From Octopus vulgaris (Eukaryota): a stretch of 64,000 nucleotides of DNA. The position numbers and the translations under genes were made by a program. Every line of letters begins with the position of its first letter. The first letter of the stretch is position 1. The stretch covers positions 5,022,001 through 5,086,000 of the forward strand of contig OX597822.1 in assembly GCA_951406725.2 (NCBI GenBank), written 5' to 3'. Shown in pieces: positions 55,298-64,000 of this stretch. The notes below the pieces were generated by a model. It worked only from the letters and a program-made list of their open reading frames with translations. It searched no databases and was not told the origin of the DNA.

Positions 55298-55510
55298 TAG
55301 TTTGTTGCTAGGGTGTATCGCCTGGCAAGCTACAGCATTTGCTGTTAGTTTGTTGCTAAAGTGTGCTCCCTGGCAAGCTATGGTTTGGTGTCTGCAGTTT
55401 ATTTGTGACTAGGGTCTGCTGTCTGGCAAACTATGATATCCGCTATTAGTTCATTACTAAATTATAGAGCTGGTAAGCTGTGGTGTCTGCTGGTAGTTTG
55501 TTGCAAGAGC
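55298..55510. repeat. Degenerate ~48-bp tandem repeat, 4-5 units
   Basis: Recurrent TAGTTTGTTGCTA ... CTGGCAAGCTA. Confidence 0.65.
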
Positions 55511-56059
55511 TTTTAGTCATATCACATCAAATTATTTCTTGATCAGAAAATATAAATGAAGAGTTCACAGTTATATCCACAATATCTGTGTCAAGAAGTG
55601 ACCGACAGACACTTCAACATTCCCATGATTCTTACCTAAACTGAAAAGGAAAATAACAAACACCACTAAATTTATTTCATCAAGGAAAAGAAGTGCTAAA
55701 ATATCTATGTATGTACAAGTATGACTGTGTGGCTTAAAAAGCTTGCTTCCCAGCCCTGTGTTCTTGGGTTCAATTCCATTGCATGGCACCTTGGCAAGTG
55801 TCTTCTACTATAGCTTCGAGTAGATTTGGTAGATGGAAACAGAAAGAAGCCCATTCTGTATTTGTGTGTGTGTGTGTGTGTGTGTTTATATTTGTGTGTA
55901 CTCTTGTCAAGACATCATGTGATGGTTACAAAAAAGCATAATTGTTATACAAGCAACATCGGTTATTTCCAGTCTTCTGTAAAGACATGACTGCCTCATG
56001 TGAAAAATAATATCTAGCTTGGAAACAGGTAGGGGCCAGCAACAGGAAAAGCATTTGGC

Positions 56060-56105
<46 letters not shown>

Positions 56106-56187
56106 CAAACAAAAATGAGCTAAGAGAAATAGGTCTGAGCAGCCAGTGGCATGTATATAAACAATATAGACAAATAGGGTAAAAAGG

Positions 56188-56517
56188 TAAAGACCCCTTT
56201 CAATCATTAATGACCATGGGATTGCACCTAGAAAGTTACCTTCTGCGGCACAAATCCGAGCCAGGTTGTTTATATAAGACTAGCGGTCAGCCATGCATGC
56301 CCATCTCCCCTCTCCATGCCACACCAATGTCATCCAAAGGAAAGGCCAATACGCTTGGCACCAGTGACATCACAACTTATTTCTGTTGCTAAGTAAACTG
56401 GAGCAATGTGAAATGAAGTCTTGCTCATGCACATGACACAGAGCCTGGTCTAGGAATTGAACTCACAACCTCATGACAGTGAGCCTGACACTCTAACCAC
56501 TGAGCCATGTACCTTCA
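56188..56517 (-). mobile_element. SINE family C copy
   Basis: Colinear with 25021-25355. Confidence 0.85.
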
Positions 56518-58443
56518 CTTGTATGAATATTAATTTACTTAGAAGCATGTGAGGCTTGGTGATAGGAAAGGCATTAGGTGTTAGAAAATGTGCCTCAACA
56601 AATTCCATAGACAAATATTGGTGTAGCAAATAGCAACAGTGTAAAATTTCCATTAATGAAAATCATCTCTGCTTCCAGGAGAGTTGTGACAATTACCAAA
56701 TAGTAATTGAGACCAGCTCCATATGAATCAAAAATTCTCCTAAACAGCAATGACTTTAATAAATTAAAAGTTTATATGGTGTATTTGACATACACGCATT
56801 AACTTGTGTTGTTAAAGTACATTCCTCTAACCACTCTGAGTTAATTCTTTTAATATAATTGAGCTTCAGTCAGTTTTATGTCTACTAAATTCATTTATGA
56901 GGCACTGGTTGACCTAAGGATATAGTACAAGGAATTTATCCAAGGTGTGATGCAACAGACCTGAATCTGAATCCAGGTGGTTGGAAAATGTCAAAACCAC
57001 TTAGTCATGTCAGCACCTATTGTGTGTGTCTAGACTGAATTCCTCTATCATTATTTGCACTACAATTCTTAGCCATGCCCCACACCCTATACTAAAGCAA
57101 TTATAGTAGAATAGATAACTTTGTTGAAAGGATGAGTTTTATCTGATTAATGTACACCAGATGTATAGTCATGGCTGCTTTGATCATAGGTCTGCTCAAG
57201 TGGGAACTGACTTGAAGGATAAACAGCAGCAGCAAGAGCTAGTCTCATGACCACAGAGATGAAACTGTTATTCTTAAACGTTTAATAAATAGATTCTACA
57301 ATAAAAATGACAATAACAAGTAAAACAAGCAGAAATTGACAAAACTCTATCACAAAGCACTAATGAAGACATTTTGAAGCACACAATTTATTCAGGAAAA
57401 TATAATATAATACTCTTGACTGAGAGAGCTGTCTGGCTAAAGAATGAAATATAGTTAAATTGTTGGCTAGTAATTATAGCAACAGAATAATAGTATCAAA
57501 TTTCCAGAAAAATATTTTTAAAATCTTGAAATAGTCTGATATCATGTACAAAATATAGTTTTAAATTCCCATACATTTTTGTGCATTGTGTTTGATATTA
57601 CTTGAAATTCAAGATTTATGTAAGAAAGAAAATTAATGAAGGGATGAAAAGTTAATCTTTGAGCTGAAAAAATAAAAAGAGAAACTCCAAACAAATTGGA
57701 AAATGAAGAAAGAAGCAAAAACCACTTTACATGTCTGTAACTTAACTAGAACTGAAGAAAATTTAAGAGGAGAATTGAAGCCATAGAAGTCAACCTTTCA
57801 CTTGTTAAATATTGATATGCAGAAAATAGTAACTGATAGCAATCAGAGAATGTACCGTTTGCATATGGTGTAAATAAAAACAATGAGATGAAAGCTAACT
57901 GATATAGAATTATATATCTTTTTCTGGATAAATCTCTGCATTTGTGTAAAATGTTTCGTGAAGTGTAATATTATAGTCCACTTCTGAAATACCATGTCTT
58001 TCTATGGGAGACATTGTAGTTGATTAGAATGTTGGACTCTTGAGGAATGAAAGACAAAATGGTGCATATTGATATTTAAATCCAAATACTTAAGGTGCAA
58101 CTCTAAGCACAGAGAAATATTAAGTTCAGTTCTTGACCTTCTATACAATATTTACTGCTTTAATAATAAGGTTTAAGGAAAGTTATAGCTTGGGTAAAAG
58201 GCCAAACATTTGTAACAAAGTGCTATCAATTCAGGGCTTGATACTCCTAGAATATTACTGGTGCTTTGTTTATTAATTCAGAAAGTATGAAAGACAATAT
58301 CTTCTTCAGTAGGATTTAAACTGAGGAATACACAGACACACAGACACAGACACACACATACTGAGTAATGTATGATGTGATAGTCAGTTGTACGTGGCTG
58401 AGAAAACAGAAAAGACTAAAACTTGATGAGTCAAAGTGCCTAC

Positions 58444-58845
58444 CAAACTTGGGCACCAAACCATTAATCCATTAATCAACAAAGTTAACATTTTCCTTAA
58501 TGAGTTAACTTTTAAGTTAACTTTACAAATCATTATCGGACTAATTAACTTCTGATACATTCAACTTCCATTCAGTCAACTTGAGTTAATTTCTGTTAAC
58601 TTCAGTTGAATTGAAGTTAACGGATTTTATAGTTTTGGCACCTTTTAAAGGTATTTTTAGGTGGTTTTAGAGCAAAAACTGATTTTCTGTTTTTTCCTAC
58701 AATAATAATTAACGTTAACAGTTTATTGATAACTTCCATTACATTTTAAAAGAATTAACTAATTCATGGTTATCGAAGTTAACATTTTGGTTAATGGATT
58801 AATGGTTAACAAAGTTAACTTTTCTATTAACGATGCCCAGTTTTG
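58444..58845. mobile_element. hAT-type MITE with GTTAAC-rich interior
   Basis: TIRs CAAACTTGGGCA / TGCCCAGTTTTG, 8-bp flanks GTGCCTAC / GTGGCTAA (6/8 match), many AAGTTAAC motifs. Confidence 0.65.
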
Positions 58846-59194
58846 GTGGCTAAATATATATCATGCATGTGTATTTTTGTATCTGTGTTTGTCCCCCACA
58901 ACCACTTGACAATCAGTGTTGGTGTGTTTATGTCTCTGTAACTTAGCACTTCAGCAAAAGAGTTGAATAGAATAAGTACCAGACTTAAAAGGTAAATACT
59001 CGGCTTGATTTGTTTGGGTAACATTATTCAAAGCAGCACATTAGTATGGCCACATTCTCAGGACTGAAGAAAGCAGAAGAATGAAAGACAAAACACAGAT
59101 ATCCAAAGTGCCTAGAGTTGCAATCCGTAATGCATTTAAAGTACACAATAAAAATAAAAGTACTGAAAAATAAAATAATAATAATAATAATAAC

Positions 59195-59253
<59 letters not shown>

Positions 59254-59594
59254 TGATAATAACAACTATTTGAAAGAAATAAAACTAAACGAACGATATA
59301 CTATTCCAATTGAAATCACTAAAATTCCTTAGGAAACCAGAAAATACTTGAATGTTTATATAATTAAGGTTAAAATTTTTAGCAAAGGAGGACTTCTGAA
59401 TGTGAGTTTTTAAATAAATCAGATAGATCCCTTTTAGAATCTGTAACAGTGAATTGGAAAATAATTCAGGAAAAAAGGAGAAAAATTCAATGAAATATTA
59501 GGTTATGGTTAAAATAAAACAGGTTGTTTTTAGAATATTTTATTACAGAGTTGTATATTAAGAAAACATATACATAAATATCTGTATATATATA

Positions 59595-59669
<75 letters not shown>

Positions 59670-59760
59670 GTGTATATATATACATATATATATATATATA
59701 TGCGTATATATATATGTGTATATATATATATGTATATATATGTGTGTATATATATATATG

Positions 59761-59792
<32 letters not shown>

Positions 59793-60314
59793 TACAGAGA
59801 GAGAGAAACGTCAAGAGAATTTACAATAAAACTCAACACATAAATTTAGAGAAGTGACTTATTTCTCATAACACAAATTTATTGTTGATATTGATGTTAG
59901 TATTTTCTATAGTCCAAATGAAATAACTATCAACAATGAATAAGTTTATGAACAAAGGAAGGAGATAAAAAAGGAAAAGAACCTAAAATAACCAATCATT
60001 TTATACTTTATATCTTTTGAGAGGTGTTTGTGTATGTGTGTGTGTGTGAGAGAGAGAAAGAGATAGTGAGAAAGAAAGACAGAAACAGTAAACATATATT
60101 TAAAAAAAACTGGTATTTTTTTCCTTTTCCTTAACATCAGTACATTTTCAGTGGAATAACAAATTACACACATAGATACACAATTATGCACACACACACA
60201 CACACACATACATACAAATATACATATATAATTTATATTGAGAAAGAGAAGCTGAAACACAAGTACAGAGAGTCTTCATCCCTCTCTCTCTCTCTCTCTC
60301 ATGTATGTACGTAT

Positions 60315-60326
60315 GCATACATACAT

Positions 60327-60412
<86 letters not shown>

Positions 60413-60526
60413 ACATACATACATACATACATACATACATACATACATACATACATACATACATACATACATACATACATACATACATACATACATACAT
60501 ACATACATACATACATACATACATAC
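60315..60526. repeat. (TACA)n(CA)n(TACA)n microsatellite
   Basis: Directly visible. Confidence 0.95.
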
Positions 60527-63043
60527 AATCCTTGCTTCATTTCTTTTTCCCATTTCCAAACTGGAGCTATTTGATAGGAGATTCTCTCCATTTGTCAGGA
60601 CTCAAAATTCTTGATGTGGAAAAACAAATTCTCAAAATTAATCAAACTGTGAGGTACATTTCAGGAAATTTCTCAACATCGTTTTATTATGGACCATACA
60701 GTATTTTATTCAATGTTTTCTTTGGCCATAAATACAAGACATATTAATTAATCTCTCTCAGCCTTGCTAGCAGCGTTTCATTCCAGCATCTCATAAGACT
60801 AAGAATCAAGTTGAAATGTAAATTATCATATTATTGATTTTATTTTTCTAAACATTTGTAAAGAAGTGTTATTGTTGATTCTATCAACTTCTCAAATTTT
60901 ATCTTTTATTTGTTTCAGTTATTGGACTGTGGCCATGCTGGAGTACCACCTTGAAGGGATTTAGTTGAATGAATCGACTACAGTCCTTTCTTTGGTGGGA
61001 CCACCAAGTTACAGCAATGTAAACAAACCAACACTGGTTGTCATGCAGTGGGGGGGGGGGGGCAGACACAGACACAAAGACACACAACAGGCTTCTTTCA
61101 GTTTCTGTCTACTAAATCCACTCACAAGGCTTTGATCAGCCTAAGGCTCCAATGTAAACACTTTCCAAAAGTGACATGCAGTGAAACTGAACCTAGACCT
61201 ACATAGTTGAGAAGCAAACTTCTAACTACACAGCCACACCAGCACCCAAAAATGTAGTGGGGGAAAACGAAAGAAAAATGCAAAGCTGAACATGGCAAGA
61301 ATTGAACTCAGAACAGAGACACAAAGCTAGATATGGAAAAGTTTCATTTCCTCCATATTTGTAACATTTTTTTTTTTTGTTTTATTTATACCAAATATTA
61401 ATTATAGAGACAAAAAAAAAAAATAAAAGATACAGCAGAGACAGCTATAGAGCTAATATGAGTACAATTTTGTTTACAATTGATGTGTGAAACAGTGGGT
61501 AGCATAACAGTAGTTATATAAAAGTGTGTGTGAGTGTGTGCGTGTAGATTCACTATTGGCGGAGTCAGTCAGGGGTCACACTATCGGCTGATGCATTAAT
61601 GGCCTGTATCTTATCAATAATGAAGTAATGTTAATGACATCATCATACCTGTGCTGCTTCAGTTCACTTAGCTGTGAATAGAGAATCTGATTTTGTAAAT
61701 GACTTCTAAATCATGATTGTATAGCTTTTAGAGGTCAGCAGCATTGGACGTCAGTTCATGCCAAAGCTTCCACTGAAGAGGATATTTGTCTCTAAGATAA
61801 CATTCCAAGAATATCTGGTGCATAAACTCAAGTTAGGTATACGGAGGTATGTACGTTAATATATTTCCTACATTCACTCACTCATTCATGTAAAATAAAA
61901 TGGTTGGTGATGAGAATCATTATCATTTTAATGTCCACATTTTCATGCTTGCATGAGTAAGATTAATCAGCCAGAGGCAAATTTCCTAAACAAGGTAATA
62001 CCTACCCATGGCCAGACGTGTTTTCATGGAGGGTTGCAAACACATGACATGCTTGTGGCACCCATTTTCAGGTATCACATGACGTTGAGTCAAGGAGACA
62101 CAAATACATATGCATTCATATACTTCCACTGTGTGTGTGTGTGTGTATATATATGTATGTGTGTGTGTGCATGCATTTGTGTATCTGGACTCCCACCTTT
62201 GTCATGAACAGGAATTAATCTTCTCTCTTTCACTCCTTTGCACCACATGGGTTCAACTCCCCTCCCCTCTTCATCTGACTCTCCTCCTCTTCTCTCTTCA
62301 TCTAACACCTAACTCTTCGCTTCACTCCTACCCACCTTCTCTCTTCATTGATACCCCCTCCATCCACCTCATCCCCACACAGCTCACTCCAACATACCCC
62401 ACCCCATCTTCACATCCCCACACCCACTGTCATCTACACACACACACATACCATCATCAACACACTCACACATTACAGACGCACACATTCACACATCAAA
62501 GTCACTAGCCTCTATCCAAACACACGTACTCTCACATACACACATGCATGCGCACCTTTTTGGGATCACCAGTACTTTATTATCTCCTCTTCTTCCTAGT
62601 TCTTCTGTCAAACTATTTTTCCCAACCAATCACCATGACTTATCACTAAATCCACAAGGTTTTTTATTCTCTCTCTGTTTATTTCCTCTTATTCCTTTCT
62701 GCTGAAGAGCGTAGGCTTGAAACGTAAATATCAAACTAATTCAACAGCTTGTTGCTCATACACCTGTCTTCATCTTTTCTTTTTCTGTAAATTTCAACTA
62801 TATATATACGTGTGTGAGTGTGTGTGTATGTATATGAGTGTGTATACATATGTGTGTGTCTGTGTATATATATATGTATATATTGTATATGTGTGTGTGT
62901 GTATATGAGGGGTTCACTGGTGATCTAAATGAATAGGTATGCTGAGTAAATGCTACAATTGGTCATCCGTTAGGTTCCAAGTTCACAGCTGAAGCTGGAG
63001 CTAAGGATCTGTATTAGGCTTCTGATTATCAGGTATATATTGT

Positions 63044-63248
63044 ATTAGAGGAAAAGGACAACAAACCAAGGCAGGACAAGTATCATTTAGAATATTTAAT
63101 TAAGGTAAGGTGAATTTGAAGTCTTACAGCTGTTTCTAGGATATCTCAAGTGATAGGCTAGCATGTCTGTACATGTACCCTAATTAAATATTCTAAATGA
63201 CTTAAGATATTTGCCCTTCCTTGGTTTGTTGTTCTTTAACCTCTAATA
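63044..63248. mobile_element. Inverted-arm Penelope-like remnant with the 3' half of a hammerhead motif
   Basis: Imperfect inverted arms at 63044-63107 and 63176-63248. Minus strand GATATCCTAGAAACAGCTGTAAGAC is shared with 23365-23386. Confidence 0.55.
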
Positions 63249-63258
63249 TAATATATAC

Positions 63259-63301
<43 letters not shown>

Positions 63302-63330
63302 CATATATATATACATATATACATACATAT

Positions 63331-63686
63331 ATATGTAACATGGTATAATTATAAACAGGGCAAATTTTAACCATTTCTCTGCAGATTGAAAAGATAATGA
63401 AGAACTTTAACTGATTTTCCAACCTTATTGGGTTCTCATCAGAAGAGTCTACATTATTCTGACAGTCTCCAGAGAAACAAGCAGCCAAACTGTTTATATA
63501 TTCAATAAATGCAGCAGTTGCTCTATGAAGGAATCCTTAGTTTGCATGCTGAAAGTGTGTAACACTATAATTACCAGCGGACTGTCAATGGAGATCTTAG
63601 TTCAAACAGTAACGAAGTATGGTATAATAAATATGTAACATATGGTATAATTATAAATGGCAAATTTTAGCCATTTCACTGTAGAT
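63331..63686 (-). mobile_element. 300-bp non-coding unit with 56-bp terminal redundancy and a hammerhead motif (retrozyme-like/Penelope-like)
   Basis: Direct repeats at 63331-63386 and 63631-63686, TA-rich flanks, and an internal hammerhead core. Confidence 0.6.
63405..63445 (-). ncRNA. Type I hammerhead ribozyme-like motif
   Basis: Minus strand CTT-CTGATGA-G-AACC-CAATAA-GGTT-G-GAAA-A-TCAG-TT-A-AAG. The catalytic core is intact and stems I, II and III can form; position 11.1 is G instead of C. Confidence 0.55.
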
Positions 63687-64000
63687 ATATATGTACGTGT
63701 ATGTGTGTGTATATATACACATATATAATGGATTACTTTCAGTTTTCATCTTCCAGATTCATTCTCAAAGATTTACTCTGCCTGGGGCTATAGTAGAAGA
63801 TGCTTGCCCAAGGTGTCATGCAGTGGGACTGGCCCCAAAGCCACACAGTCATGCCTACACCTGATATTCGCAAACATGGTCTACTTCACAGATGCACTAA
63901 AGTTACTCCAAGTAACATATAACCCATAAAAGTTAAGACATTAAATTTGGGTTCCCCAACACCTCAAGTAGAAGAAAGTGTTTCTTTTTTTTTTGATAAT

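Overview
AT-rich, microsatellite-dense eukaryotic (animal) DNA. The repeat families look like those of an octopus/coleoid cephalopod genome; this is inferred from recognition, not from a search. Almost the whole window is intronic or intergenic. The only convincing host coding sequence is one minus-strand exon (33972-34242) with clean splice sites, encoding the cytoplasmic tail and signal-anchor helix of a type II membrane protein. The rest is mobile DNA: three or more tRNA-derived SINE families, decayed LINE fragments (RTE, CR1-group, and short R4/Dong-like and CRE-like remnants), a dead Tc1 transposon, piggyBac-type and hAT-type MITEs, and two near-identical non-autonomous Helitrons. The most unusual signal is a set of short non-coding units embedded in (TA)n tracts. 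They carry terminal direct repeats and/or long inverted arms together with type I hammerhead-ribozyme-like cores (63405-63445, 23334-23389, 62693-62730, weaker ones at 22977 and 21202), which points to Penelope-dependent or retrozyme-like elements. Most ORFs in the supplied track are microsatellite or SINE artefacts.
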